A stretch of 64,000 nucleotides of DNA from Octopus sinensis. Its lineage: Eukaryota. Positions 12,873-27,250 of this stretch are shown here, piece after piece. The notes beneath the pieces were generated by a model that was not told the origin of the DNA, searched no databases, and worked only from the letters and a program-made list of their open reading frames with translations. How positions within the stretch are numbered: the stretch's first letter is position 1; each line of letters opens with the position of its first letter. A program made the translations under genes and the position numbers. Location of the stretch: positions 147,064,001 through 147,128,000 of the forward strand of contig NC_042998.1 of the NCBI RefSeq assembly GCF_006345805.1. Reading direction: 5' to 3'.

Positions 12873-14719
12873 ATATATTTAATATATAAATGGCAATTTT
12901 TGCCTGTCTGTTACCATCTTAGTGCCTAAACGAGCTAACCAGTATTCACGAAACTTTGCATACATATTACACTAACACCCAGTTCAATAATAAGCTAATT
13001 GGATTTCAGTGCGAATTATATGATAAAATGAAAAGGTGGCAAAATGTATTAGTCGGAGGGAAAGGTAGTAGCAGAGTGAGGTTGACTTATATCAGTGAAG
13101 GCGAGAACAGCAGTAGCAATAGGATGTTAACGTTAATACAGTTGTCATATACAGGTGACGCTGCATACATACTTTCGTAAGTACATAGATACAACACATA
13201 CACACACACACATATACACGATTACACACACACACGCACACATATACACGCACGCACACACACACACAGAAAGGTAGATGTGAGGAATACGTAGCTTTAA
13301 GGAGAGAGGGGTAGGTGGCTTTTCTGCTGTCCATCGCAAAGAAACACCTACACACACACAGACACACACACAAACATATATACATGCATACGTACATACA
13401 TATGTTTACTTACACACCATTTTAAACTCGTGATTACCTGTGTGTACATTTGTAACTGTTTGTGTGTGAGTGATGTCCTATAAACTGTCTGTCTCTACTT
13501 TTGTAGGGTCTTCCCTGTTGCTGTCACATTGTGAGATTTTAAAATTATGTCAAAATTTTCAAATTTGGTATATTGAAATAATTTTCCAGGTTAAATCCGA
13601 TTTTGTTATTTGTTCCTAACATCCAGTTGAATTATAGGCAAATTAGATCTCAATCAAAATCGTTTGTTAAAATAATATAGAGACATTCCTTATTCACTTA
13701 CTAATGATTTTAATAGTTTGTAATACCTAGTTTTAACAATAAGCTATCACCGTAAAGGTTAATAATATATTTAATGGCTTAATTACACCTAACTGATTCT
13801 AAAATTTATATATTGACATAGGATTAGGTATAGGAATGGGAGTTGAACTAAAATGGGAACTGAACATGGAACGGGATAGGACATGAAACAATGTAATGGG
13901 AATGGAAATGGGAACTGGAAATAATCCCCGCTTTTCCGGGTATTACCGGATAATTCAGCTAGTGTATATATATATATAGGATAAAAAGTTTGTATATATT
14001 CAAAAGTATTCAAGAAATCTTTTTACCCTTTTGTTATAATATTCTTCTTAATAATCTCCTGAATAACCCTAAATTTTAACTTTATACAATATGGCAATAT
14101 TGTTTAAAATATTCAACTATAGTACCCCAAGATAAAATTTCCCCTGTTTCATTATCAATAGTCTACTAGTGATTTGCCCCTTCATCTTAATTCAAGATTT
14201 CCTTTACCAAATCTCATTATATTTCTTCAAATAATTCTTGATAGTTTTTTATGACTAACTATACCCACTATGATTTCTGTCGATTCCCTCAATACCCTTC
14301 CTAACAGGCACTGTTCCTTGTTCTTTTGGCCTTAAATATACAAAGATTTGATAAACTAGTCTATAAATTAAAAGTGGTCCCGTAAAACAGTGTCAAGCAA
14401 AATCTATAACAAGTCTTTCTTCCTAATACCTTAGTAGCTTCTAAGCTAAAGTGAAGACAGCATGTTCTTTGTCTATCTCCTTACCTTCTTGGAGATTTTA
14501 GGTAAAATTATACTAATGTGTCCATATGTTTTAATTTAATTAAATTTTGTCTTTATGCAGCTGAGGATTGCTCTGCATTTAAGTTGATGTCATGATTGCA
14601 TTGTTCAATTAAATGAAGTTACTTGAAACGGTTGTACTGCATTACCTCTAGATATCCTTGTTGCATATTTTGATATATATATATGCATATGTGTGTGTGT
14701 ACGTGAGTGTGTATGTGTG

Positions 14720-14945
14720 TGTGTCTGTGTTTGTTCCCCCACCATCGCTTGACAACCGATGTTGGTATGTTTAGGTCCACGTAACCTATCGGTTCGCAAA
14801 AGAGACCGATAGAATAAGTACTAAGCTTAGAAAGAATAAGTCCTGGGGTTGATTTCTTCGACTAAAAAAATCTTGAAGGCGGTGCTCCAGCACGGCCGCA
14901 GTCAAATGGCTGAAACGTGTAAAAGAATAAAAGAATAAAAGAATA
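14720..14945 (+). mobile_element. SINE family A 3' half
   Basis: ttgacaaccgatgttgg...ggcggtgctccagcacggccgcagtcaaatggctgaaacg...aaaagaataaaagaat. Confidence 0.85.
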
Positions 14946-14979
14946 CATCACAAAATCTACCGAGAAAAAAGATTATTAT

Positions 14980-15040
<61 letters not shown>

Positions 15041-15592
15041 AAGAATACAGATGTATAGACAATGCAGTAGGAATCGTTATTTAGTTGCAGGTGAGTAGCG
15101 AATCAGTTTTCGTCCCCGACTCGTCTTTTATACTCAGATTTGGGGATCATTATTTCACCTCATAGTATCGAGTACTTTTTCTTTGTTTAGCAACGTTTCA
15201 CACATATATCATACCCCAATGCAAGCATACATGATGATGGACCTCTGTCGGTTGACGATTAGCATTCGTATTTTGTTCGATCAAGTAAAGTACATGAGCT
15301 TGGATAAACGTGTAAATGGCTGAATATTCCGTAGACACGTGTACAATTAATGCAATATGTCAGACAGAATGATCAGGAGCCAGTGTATGGCAAGGTCATA
15401 CTTTTTGGATTACAATTATAATCCAGCCGACAGGCTTCTATACAATTTTGTCTACCCAGTTCTACTCGCGAAGTATGGATCGAGCCAAAGTTATGTATAG
15501 GAAATGGCATTTACCCAAGATGCCATGCTGGGGGATTCGACCCGGGTCCTCATGGTTGCAATGTGAACTTGGTAACCATTTGAGCCATTATG

Positions 15593-15632
<40 letters not shown>

Positions 15633-16754
15633 TTTAACTATGAGTTGTTATACATTTATTAAAGACAATAGGGTGGGATTTGAAACAGAACTGGCTGCTT
15701 TTTTTCGTAGAGGTTCCTTCTGCGACTCGCTCTTTCTTTCTCAACATTAATCTCACATATGCACTTACTGTCACCAATCAGTCAACCCTATCCTTTCTCA
15801 CGTCGGCTCCACTCACACTCACTCTTATTCCACCCACTTTCTCATACACTTCATTCCTAACTCTTACTACATCTCCTCCCACGCTTTCACTTGACAGCTC
15901 CTACCACTTCCTATTACACGTACATATACCCAACTTCACACACACATACGCACACACGCACACGCACACACAAACACAGCCACCTCCACACATTTAGATA
16001 TCACTTCAGTCTTCTATTTCACGAACCTACCCCCTCTGTCAATTTTCTGCCCTCACACTTTCATTTTGCAGCCCCCGCATGTTTCCCCCCCATTCTCTCT
16101 CTATCTCTCACCCATACACACACACACTCACATACGCACATAAACACAAACATAAACACATTCACTCACCATTTAGACATCTCTCCACCCTTCTAATTCC
16201 TTAAATCCCCGTCTCTGTCAATTTTCTTTTCACACACCTTCAATTGTTAGCCTTCTATCTCTTTCTCTCTGACTCTATATCTGTCTCTGCCTTTCTCTCT
16301 CTGTCTCTGTCTCTCTCCCCCCTTTCTCTTTCTCTCTCTCACACACACACAAACATCCCTCTCCCCTTTTACTTCGCCAATCCGCCACCATCGCCAACCT
16401 GTCAATTCTCTCCTCCATCCTGTGAATGTTATGTCAAGACTGCCACCGAATGTATCCTGTCTATGATCGGATTCCTGAGAAATAGCATCTCGTACAACTG
16501 ACACCATCCACCGTAATATCACCTCCGACTGACAGATGGACACATGGACGCTCACGTCACCTGCTTTATCAATCACCTCATCACCTCATCACCTCATCAC
16601 CCCTTTCGTTCATTCAATATCTCTCTATTTGTTTCTCTCCCTCTTTTTCTCTACCCTCTTTCTCTCATGTTGGATACTTCAACCAGATCACCTGCTCTAA
16701 GTGAATCTCCATCATTATCTCACTATCTCTTCCTACCTCTCATAAGTATATGTG

Positions 16755-16858
<104 letters not shown>

Positions 16859-17015
16859 ACTATCTATGTGCATGTGTTTGTGTGTGTGTGTGTGGTGTGT
16901 GTGTGTGTGTGTGTGTCTGTGTGTGCGTGCGTGCGGGCGTCTCAATGCGTCATTCGCCATATCTTCATGTTAAAGCCGTACAGTATTCAATAACAAGAGG
17001 CGGAGCTGAAATGCT

Positions 17016-17082
<67 letters not shown>

Positions 17083-17172
17083 TGTGTGTATGTATATAAA
17101 AATATATGTATACATATATATATATATATGTAGATATATATATATATGGATACATACACACACTTATGCATA

Positions 17173-17216
<44 letters not shown>

Positions 17217-18186
17217 CATACTCACCCACACATGCACTCGCGCGCGCGCGCACACACACACACATTTGCCTTCGATTGGATGCGCTCAGTGTGCGACAAT
17301 TATTCCCTTCAGATTTCGGCTCTTATAGTTAAGCAGGTTAAGCTCCCACCGTTGCGCGTTCGCTCGGGGTCCTGCGCAGTCTGAAGTGGACTAAAGTCGT
17401 GTCTGAAATTGGTACAACGTGAATACAAATGGCGACATGAATATAATATAAAGGGCACATCAATAATAAGAGAAAAGAACATGGGCTTGAACTTAATATT
17501 CCTATATTTCATCTGTTACATATGTTTCAGTAATAGGTAACATGAATTTCACACTATATATGCAATCCTTAGATCACCTCATAAGGGCAGCATGCATAAT
17601 CGAATACGCCTTCAGGTAGACACACGAGAAATGTATCTCGTTTATCTGTCTGAAAAATTGTTCAGATGATTGAAACGAAGAAGTAACAAGTTCAAGCTCA
17701 TCTTTTTTCTCATTACTCTCATTATACGAGAGAGCGCTGAAAAGTTAATTATGATTTCATGCAACATATTCCCCTCTCAGATTCCCACACTTATTGCAGC
17801 ACTCCTTCAGTTTTTCTAAGCCCTGTAAAAGAACTCGAAAGGTTGGGCCTCCAACCAGGCCTTTCGCGACACCCTTTTCAGAACTCCTCGTATGTGTGTG
17901 CGCGCGCATAAATAATAGAATATATTGTAAAGTAGAGTAGAAAGAATATTAAGATAAATTTCAATTTCATCATTTTTCTTTCCGACATACCATAAAAAAA
18001 GGATAAAACTCCTCGATTCATGTAGGCTCAAGAAGCAGGTCGATCACAGGAATACTCATTTTTGCCACTTGAGTGGACTTGTGAGGAATGTGAAATGAAG
18101 TGCTCGGTCTAGAAATCGAAAGCACAATCTTACAATCATGAGTCCCATATTCCTAACCACAAATCTACGCGCCTTCATTTCCTACG

Positions 18187-18313
<127 letters not shown>

Positions 18314-18811
18314 GCCTGTCTGTCTGTCTGTATGTCTCTCTCTATCTATCTACCTACATTCATTCAGACATACATTACATGCATACCCTACAACGCTAAG
18401 TACCCATTCATCCATCCATCCATCCACTCATTTATCCAATCATTCACCCATTCATCCACACACACACACACACACTCGTTCACCCATCCATCCATCGACC
18501 CACTCTTTCCATCCATCGACGCATCCGTCCGGCCATCAATCCTGCCAGGCAAACAGACAGCCAACTATATAATCGGTCAGCCATCCAGTCATCCAGCCTT
18601 CCATCGTCTGTTATAATTATAAACTATTTAATTATTTAAACAGCCATATATCGTTCAGCGACATCTCATTATTAATTTGTTCAACGATGGATATTTCTGG
18701 AATACCCATTGGTTTTATTTGATTTTATTGTCAATCTGGAAAGTTATTCCTACTTTCCTGTCATTCAGTCTCTCTAACTCTTTTATTTTGATTGCTGTTG
18801 TTGTTGTTGTA

Positions 18812-18865
<54 letters not shown>

Positions 18866-19400
18866 GAGTGAGAGAGCAGTACATGCCATCAAAGTGACAC
18901 TGAGGGTAAAATATACGAAGCCTAGTATACCCATCATGACTACCCGTCTGATAAGGGTACACTAGGCACATGGATCACAACCATATGTACACGACATGGT
19001 GATCTCATATCAAGATAAACAGCGCATGACTTTGCAGATGAGGTCCAGTTAGAATTTGCTTCAGGTTGAGTAGCCCATCCCGCTCAAAAGATCCCTGAAT
19101 AAGAGTTGTTTAAGGATGTTGAACGACACACACACGTTTCCAAAGGTGAATTATCCAAACCTCAAAGAATTCCTCTCAGCACATGGCTATGATGCTCCCC
19201 CACTACTTCTGCTCGTGACCAGAGATGCACATATCGTCAGCCACAAAGGGACATGCTCAACTGGCTAAGGTCAAACAGCTGTCAAGCAAATATATAGTAT
19301 TGACCATAATATTTGCTGTAGTTCATATGTACATGATAACACTGCCAATCAGTTAAGATCAGAAGCCACGAGAGACAGTGCCTGGTACTGCATCAGGGCA
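18866..19400 (-). mobile_element. ~555 bp ATT-associated non-coding element, near-full copy (small internal deletion)
   Basis: Begins gagtgagagagcagt, ends ggtactgcatcagggca; (ATT)n on both sides; colinear with 56573-57127. Confidence 0.9.
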
Positions 19401-19431
<31 letters not shown>

Positions 19432-19432
<1 letters not shown>

Positions 19433-20030
19433 GAAAATCTCCACTTTAATTTGCTGAGTATGATGGAAAAAATGTCAGCTGTCCGCTGCCAGAGCAGACT
19501 TAAAGTGGCACTTGTTTACTGATCATGCTTCAAGAACCCTGTAGAGTACTCTTGCAGCTGCAAGCAATGATGATTTTTGTAGGGGTTCTATCTTTACATT
19601 TGTTCTAATCTTTTAAAGCTATGTTAGTGGTTGGGAACTGATACTTCCAAGTGCACCAATCACTATTGGTATCATGTCTACTTTCTTCATTGACCACAAC
19701 CTGCACATTTCCTACTGCGGCTCATCATAGTTGTTCACTATTCCTTCTCTCTTAGATCCTGTTGTCACCAGGAATGCTATGCAGATTATGAAACGATCTT
19801 TCCTTTTCTGTTCACTACAACAATGTCAGGTTTCTAGAGTCTAATCTGATGGTCACACTGAATCATTGCATCCCATGGGATCTTGCAATCCTTATTTTCA
19901 GTGACTCCTTCTGGGATTTTGTAATACCACATCTTTGATTTTTCATTGTTTTTGGCCATTATTTCCACCAAGTTCCCAATGGATAATTCTTGGTGTGAAC
20001 GGTCGTTGTTTTTAAATCGGTTTCCCCTAA
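19432..20030 (-). mobile_element. R4/Dong-clade LINE 3' fragment (RLE domain, 3' UTR, AAT tail)
   Basis: Minus translation PEGVTENKDCKIPWDAMIQCDHQIRL*KPDIVVVN...LWSMKKVDMIPIVIGALGS...LQKSSLLAAARVLYRVLE. Confidence 0.8.
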
Positions 20031-20226
20031 ATTTTATTACAAAGTTTTAGTGGATGAAAATGTTTCGTATTTTTTTTTTGGTGGGGGATTATTTTGCAAG
20101 TAGAAAGACTTCAGAATATGTGCACGTCTCTTTCAATACAGAGGGATGGCACAGAAGCCACTACAATAGCGATAGAAAAAAAAACGTAGAGAGAGAACAC
20201 AGTATACTTGTGTGTCAGAGGCTGGA

Positions 20227-20343
20227 ATGTATCCATTATTGATGGAGAGCAAATCTTCTGTGGATGCAATCCAGGATGCCAGTGCGCCTAGTAACAGCGG
20301 TAGCAGCATCCCATCAGATGTGCCCATCACTATGAAATCCGAG
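20227..20343 (+). CDS. Candidate first coding exon of an unidentified host gene (MYPLLMESKSSVDAIQDASAPSNSGSSIPSDVPITMKSE)
   Basis: Unique, less AT-rich stretch; acceptor ctctttcaatacag at 20141; donor GAG|GTTAGT at 20343 in phase 0; no homology recognised. Confidence 0.3.
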
Positions 20344-20784
20344 GTTAGTCGAAGTGCGTGCTCAGTAAAGACACTGTAATTTTCGAACCTATTTGGAGGA
20401 AGTAATGTTACGTGCTCTTCTATTATATATAACTTCCATATCACTTTCAGCCAGTCCTTTACATTGACAAACACAGGACAGATGACAAACAATAACTTAC
20501 GGCAACATAGAATATATTTTTGTTCTCATTATATCATTAAATCATTTACATAATTCGTCCACATAATCGCTGGTCTCATTAATCGTAATGTATGCCACAT
20601 AACTGTTGACTGCTCTGTATTGTATTAGTGACTCTTGTTTAGTTAGCATTCTGTGCAGAACACAAATGTTCCCGTAGAGAAAATCGCTTTCGGCCATATT
20701 ACGTTGAATGCAACGTTCGAACCTAGTGAGTACTTAGCTGGGTGATCTCTTAGGAAACCTAAGTAATGTAATCAACACCCAAAC

Positions 20785-20935
20785 ACAGTCAAGCAGCAGA
20801 ATCGTTAGAACGTCAGGTAGATTTTGCTGCATCAATCACTCTGACTATCTGCACTCTGGGTTCAAATCCCATCGAAGTCAACACTGCTTTTGGGCCATTC
20901 AGAGTCAGTAAAGTACCAGTCCTATACTTGGTTCG
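20785..20935 (+). mobile_element. SINE family B, degenerate
   Basis: gcagcagaatcgttag...gggttcaaatccc...agtaaagtaccagt. Confidence 0.7.
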
Positions 20936-20961
20936 ATTTCTCTCACTCACTCACTCACTCA

Positions 20962-20998
<37 letters not shown>

Positions 20999-21477
20999 CT
21001 CCTCTCTCCTTTTTTTTTCTGGGAATATTCGGTTGGGATTCACTTGGTCAAAATACACTTAAAACAAGCCACATATCACAATGGTGCTTCTACAATTCCA
21101 TCTGGAGTTGAGGGCCTAAAGCATGTCATTATACGAACTGAAACCTGTCGCCAAAATGGCGTGCAATCCTTAAGAGATAGACAAATATTTGTTGACCGTT
21201 TAAATAAAGTAAAACTGGGATAAGAGCTTGTTTAGTACGATAGGAATTGATAACAGCGGTGAAAACAGGCGATACGATAATATATCGTGATAACCGACTT
21301 CAAATAAATCTTGATTATCAATAGTTATAAAGTCACTTACACATACATACATACATACATACATACATACATACATACATACATACATACATACATACAT
21401 ACATACATACACACGCACACATACATACATCCATATACGTGTGTGAGTGTGCGTGTGTATGTGTGTGCGTGGGTCTA

Positions 21478-21573
<96 letters not shown>

Positions 21574-22959
21574 GATCTATCTATCTCATTCACTCTGTCT
21601 GCTTGCTTGTCTGTATGTCAGTGTGTGTGTGTGTGTGTGTGTCTGTCTGTCGGTCTGTCTATCTGTGTATCTGTTTGTCGTTTTAGACTTTATTATATTT
21701 TTGCGTTTTTTCTCTAACCCCGCATAGAAACGACGAATTACGTTGGTTGAAAATGGAGCAAGGTCATTACTGCGATATGTAACTTATCTTATATCAGAAA
21801 ATAGATTCACATAGTCTAAAATAACTTATCATCTATTTAAAACCTAACAACTCTATTTTTTTAAAGTATTTATCTTATGAAACCTTATCTTGTGTCATGC
21901 GCTTTCCATTCTGACCAATAAAGACAAAACTCAGTTTGTAACTGTTATATCATATTGTGATCTACATATTGAAAGTGAAATATTCTCGCGACTGTTCTAT
22001 TTTAAATTTTTTTTCTACATCTTAAGTATGCAAAAGCTCAACCCCAAAATATAATTACCTTTTAAGGCAAATTTCTTTTGGTATGTATGTATGTATGTAT
22101 GTATGTATGTATGTATGTATGTATGTATGTATGTGTGCATGCATGCATGCATGCATGTATGTATGTATGTATGTATGTATGTATGTATGTATGTATGTAT
22201 GTATGTATGTATGTATGCATGCATGTATGTGTGTATGTATGATCCTGTTATTTCTCATGGTCAGCGTTTGTTGTTGCAGTAGCCATCGGCAAACTGGTGA
22301 CGTTGGTGTAGAAGACACAGTAGCAGCGCAGAAGATTGATATGTTTTCAACAACGGGAAGCCACAACAGGTTCAGGCAGCAAAAGACCATGAAAATGGGA
22401 CTGTAGGCATGGTGTACCACATTAATGGGACTGAGTGATCACTAGTTCGTGTTAGCATGTCACTCCAGAAGATAAAACCTGCGACTTTATGGCAGCCAAT
22501 GATGTTGACTAGTTTTCCTCTTTGGGGTATCTGTCATCGTTGATCAGTGAGTGGGATTGATTGTGTGCAAGGCTTCACTTTACTTTAAAAAGCATCATGC
22601 ATAGGTATCACTTGACGTACAAGCAAATTCATCCTATACTCGAGAACAAGGAAGCGACCATCATGTGTATGTATGTATGTATGTATGTATGTATGTATGT
22701 ATGTATGTATGTATGTATGTATGTATGTATGTATGTATGTATGTATGTGTGTATGTATGTATGTATTATGTATGTATGTATGTATGTATGTATGTATGTA
22801 TGTATGTATGTATGTGTGTGTGTATGTATGTATGTATGTATGTATGTATGTATGTATGTATGCATGTATATGTGTTTGTGTGTACGTATGTATGTATGGA
22901 TGGATGAATGGATTGATGTGTGTATGTATAATTTTTCTTTGAGTTTTATTTAAGCTCTT

Positions 22960-23750
22960 ACTCTTATTCAAGCCGGTCCCTAACAAAGCGGCAAGACATT
23001 GAATTGAGTTCCCGGTATTTGTAAATATGTTGTTGAGTTGGTGTATTCGTTGAGCTGTAAATGTTTCCTTTTTTCTGGACTTTTGATGCTACATTCACAT
23101 CTGCTGCACAGCTGACTGCTGCAACTGTGTATGACCTGCTCCCTGTCCCATAGAACAATATTAGGCTTATAATGTTTGCACCGAATTGCCGTTTTTATTG
23201 GGGTGTTTCACCAGTATTCTTTGCCTTTTAAAAGTGTGAAAACCTGCTGGCTCTGACATATCTTTGATGTATACGTCAGAGCAACCCTTCCTGCGGATAG
23301 CATTGTAAATAGTCTTTGAAACTATATCATGCTTCAGGGACATATAGTATCTCGTAGACTTTTGGGGAAGTTACTGATGATGTGGATATCTTTCATACTG
23401 GTGTAGCAGAGCCAACACTTTCTATCACAGCGTAGAGGTTTAGTGGTAACTTTGTCTCCCTTGCTTATTAGGTATTTAGTCACTCTCTTCTGTTCCTGGA
23501 TAGCGAAAGCATATCCTTCTAGGTAAGATGTATTATATCTACCACATGTCCAAGAAAGGTTACTTTCCTGTCAATACTGTTGTTACTCTCTAGCTTTAGT
23601 ATGATGTCTGCTTCAGCTCCAAGATTCTGTTTAGGTAGGCCAATCCAGCGTCCTTTGGGTCGCATCAGTCAGTTATATTCTCAGAGTACAAGCACACTCT
23701 GGATATATTGTTGCTCTCACTTTTGAGTTTGCATGGATAGTACTCATTTC
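22960..23750 (-). mobile_element. Degenerate R4/Dong-like LINE (thumb, CCHC region and RLE)
   Basis: Minus frames YLEGYAFAIQEQKRVTKYL, KHDIVSKTIYNAIRRK, HYKPNIVLWDREQ, SCAADVNVASKV. Confidence 0.7.
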
Positions 23751-23873
23751 TTTCTTTACTGTTGTTCAGCAGTGTGAATGTATGTATTTATGTATGTATG
23801 TAAGTGTATGTGTGTATGTATGAATGTATGTATGTGTGTATGTGTGTATGTAAGTGTGTGTATGTATGTATAC

Positions 23874-23936
<63 letters not shown>

Positions 23937-24027
23937 ATATAATATATATATATATATGTATGTATGTATGTATACATACATACACACACTTACATACACA
24001 CATACACACATACATACATTCATACAT

Positions 24028-24073
<46 letters not shown>

Positions 24074-24532
24074 CCTTACCAATAATGGCACTAACACCTA
24101 TACATTCCTTATATCATTCATATTACAGTATTATATCGACCCTAATTGCACCACGTCCAGAACTACTTCCTCCCTTACACAATCTTTTTACTTAGGGACT
24201 AGTAGACCCGACACCGTTTGATAATCGGTACGCATTCAAAACCAATGAACACCGGTTTGACTTTAAATCTCTTTAACAATTCAAAATAATGAATTTAGTT
24301 CCTCTTATTTCTACCTCAGTTCATTTAATTGTATTTATTTATCGCTACCTTTCATAAAAAAAGCTTTAATTATTTTTTTTTTGTTATTCTATGTGCATTT
24401 TCGTTTTTTTTCTTCTTTCTTTCCCCATATCTTTTCCACGTGTAGTTTCTATTGTCTTTTTGAAACATATTTCTATCACACACATACAAACATACACACA
24501 CAATTGTATGTATGAATATATATACATATATG

Positions 24533-24571
<39 letters not shown>

Positions 24572-24579
24572 TATATATA

Positions 24580-24871
24580 TATCACGTGATCACGTGACCG
24601 ACCAGACCATCAGATGTTGTTACACATCGCTGGTCACAATGCGTTCGCATTGTTTTAGCCTTCGAATGACGCCACCCCGCTGGCTAAGCGAGCAGGCCAA
24701 CAGAAGAAAGAGTGGTGAAAGAGTACAGCAGGGATCACCACCCCATGCCGGAGCCTCGTGGAGCTTTTAGGTGTTTTCGCTCAATAAACACACACAACGC
24801 CCGGTCTGGGAATCGAAACCGCGATCCTGCGACCGCGAGTCCGCTGCCCTAACCACTAGGCCATTGCGCCT

Positions 24872-24873
<2 letters not shown>
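24580..24873 (-). mobile_element. tRNA-derived SINE family D, full length
   Basis: Minus head gtggaggcgcaatggcctagtggttagggcagcggactcgcggtcgcaggatcgcggtttcgattccc (A and B boxes); tail ...ggtcacgtgatcacgtgat. Confidence 0.85.
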
Positions 24874-24937
<64 letters not shown>

Positions 24938-25529
24938 TAATAAAAGAAATAAAACATATGCATATATAAACATATATGTACGTACCTACCTCTACATGTA
25001 CATATACACGCATATATGAGTACAGGACACCAAAGGGACGTCGAACACATAGAGAAACGAAAACATAGACACAAACCAAGGGAACAGGACATTTTTTTAA
25101 AAACAACAAAAAATGGAGTACAGGACAGTTAACACAACGAAAAAACCCCTTCTTCAGTCGCTAAGGTTTCATCTACTCTACGTTTCGAAGGATAAAAGCG
25201 AGACGTATCTTCGACAAGAAACTTTCCTTCCTGCGAAAAGCAAATCAATTAAAATTCTGAGATCTTTTCGCAGAGGGGTAAAAAATGGTAAAAAAATGGT
25301 AAAAAAACGAGACAGTAACGACAGTACAAAAATATAAACAGTAAAAAAAAATATATATATAAACAGTAAAAAAATATATATAACAGTAAAAGACAGGACA
25401 GGGAGAATAAGATAAGAAGGGCTGTTGACGCCGAACGAAAAAAGTATTGCAAACGCTGAATTTTTTGTGAACGACATATATATATATATATATACATATA
25501 CACACATACATATATGCATGTGTGTGTAT

Positions 25530-25763
25530 GTGTATCTTTGTGTCTGTTTTTGTTCGCACCGCTACTTGACAACCGCTGTTGGTGTGTATACGTCCCTGTA
25601 ACTTAGTGGTTCGGTAAAAGAAACCGCTGGAATAAGCACCAGGCTTTGAAAAACAGGTAGTGGGGTTGATTTGTTCGACTCAAATTCTCCATGATGGTGC
25701 CCGACGCAGGCCGCCGACCACTGACTGAAACAATAAAAGATAAAAGAGGAAATATATTTATAC

Positions 25764-25822
<59 letters not shown>

Positions 25823-26050
25823 TGTGTGTGTGTATGCATTTGTTTTCGTGTTTGTGTTTGTCCTCCCGCCACCGCTTGACAACCGGTGTTGGTTTCTCTA
25901 CGTCATCGTAATTTAGGGTTCACAAAAGAGCTCGAAAGAAAAAGTACCAGATTTGAAGATAAGAAGTATGATTGATTTGCTCGAGTAAACTCTTCAAGGC
26001 AGCGCATTTAGCATGAACGCAGTCCAATGATTAAAACAAGTAAAAGTGTA
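25530..26050 (+). mobile_element. Two tandem SINE family A 3' halves separated by (TG)n
   Basis: cttgacaaccgctgttggtg at about 25565 and cttgacaaccggtgttgg at about 25875, each followed by tail. Confidence 0.75.
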
Positions 26051-26961
26051 AAACGAACAACACAAGAAGTGTAATTGTAATTTGAACAGAAAATTATTGA
26101 GAAGCGAAGTAACGAGCGCTGTTTGAAAAATACACCATTTTGTTTCGTGAGAAGAGGCAGTGAGGTAGAGGCTATTGTAAGTCAATCAATTGATAATACC
26201 TGGTTAGTGTTTATATTTCGATAAGAAAAAAACGTGACGTTTGGATATTACATACGGGATAATATGATACGATATCGTAGCTTTAACGGAAATCAAGGCA
26301 GGTAATCGCTGCGACGTGAAAATAGCTTGTTTTTTTTTTTAATTTTGTTTTTATGTTGTTTTATTTGATTTTTTTCTTTGCCAGGAAGGTTGTGGTGTTT
26401 GCTATCTCTTCTCGCCCCACCATAAAAGCCACACCCATCTCGTTACTGCACACACACAGAAAACAGCGGAATAATTGATGTTTGTGTTACAGTGTGCTTC
26501 AAAAACACCCTCCCTTTCACCATTCTTGATTAGCATTTTCAACAGCAAATGTACAGTGTACAAAAAAAAAAAAGACAAAAAAAAGAAAAATGAGAGACAT
26601 TAGCTGCACGATGACACCTTTACCACCTGCCTTACTTCGCTAGCGGCCGGGTGCGGCAGAAAAAAACTGTATGGGAGGATTTTCTGCCAAACTCTGTGTG
26701 GCAAAAAGACAAAAAGTCAAATACGTCTGTCGAAAAATCTCAAGACTTCTTTAATTAAGTCGGCAATATATCAAGTTAATGCTCGTCTTCCAATGAGAAT
26801 TATTGGAGAAACAGAAATCTGGCCATTCTTCCTACAGATACCATGTTTCGGGGTTTTCTTTTTTCCCGTTTTCATTTCTTATATTTCTGTTGTTGAAAAC
26901 CGGATTAATTTTCAATGTTTCATTTATTATTATTATTATTATTATTATTATCATTATCATA

Positions 26962-27037
<76 letters not shown>

Positions 27038-27055
27038 CATCATCGTCATTATTAT

Positions 27056-27250
27056 TAAGGCGACGAGTTGGCTGAATAGTTTATTTGCCGGACATGATTT
27101 CGTCTTGTTTTACATTCTGGGTTTAACTTCCGTCGCCGTTGACTTTGCGTTTCATCTTGTTAGAAACCGATAAAGTAAATACGTGTCAAGTGCTGGGTTC
27201 AGTGTAATCAACAAATCTTCTCTCGCTAAAACCGCTGGCTTTTTGCTTAA
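27056..27250 (+). mobile_element. SINE family B, degenerate, after (ATT)n
   Basis: attaaggcgacgagttggctgaatagtt...gactttgcgtttcatc. Confidence 0.7.

Noticed and set aside
13506-14600. Isolated strong acceptors at about 13505 and 14560
   Set aside because: They yield only very short or immediately terminating frames; expected by chance in T-rich DNA.
20142-20230. bHLH-like IEKKRRER motif
   Set aside because: Requires a frameshift in an A9 run, and the following residues do not resemble helix 1.
25150-25230. Hammerhead-like UUGUCGA...GAAACGUA on minus
   Set aside because: Stem II cannot be formed convincingly without consuming core bases; at best a decayed copy.
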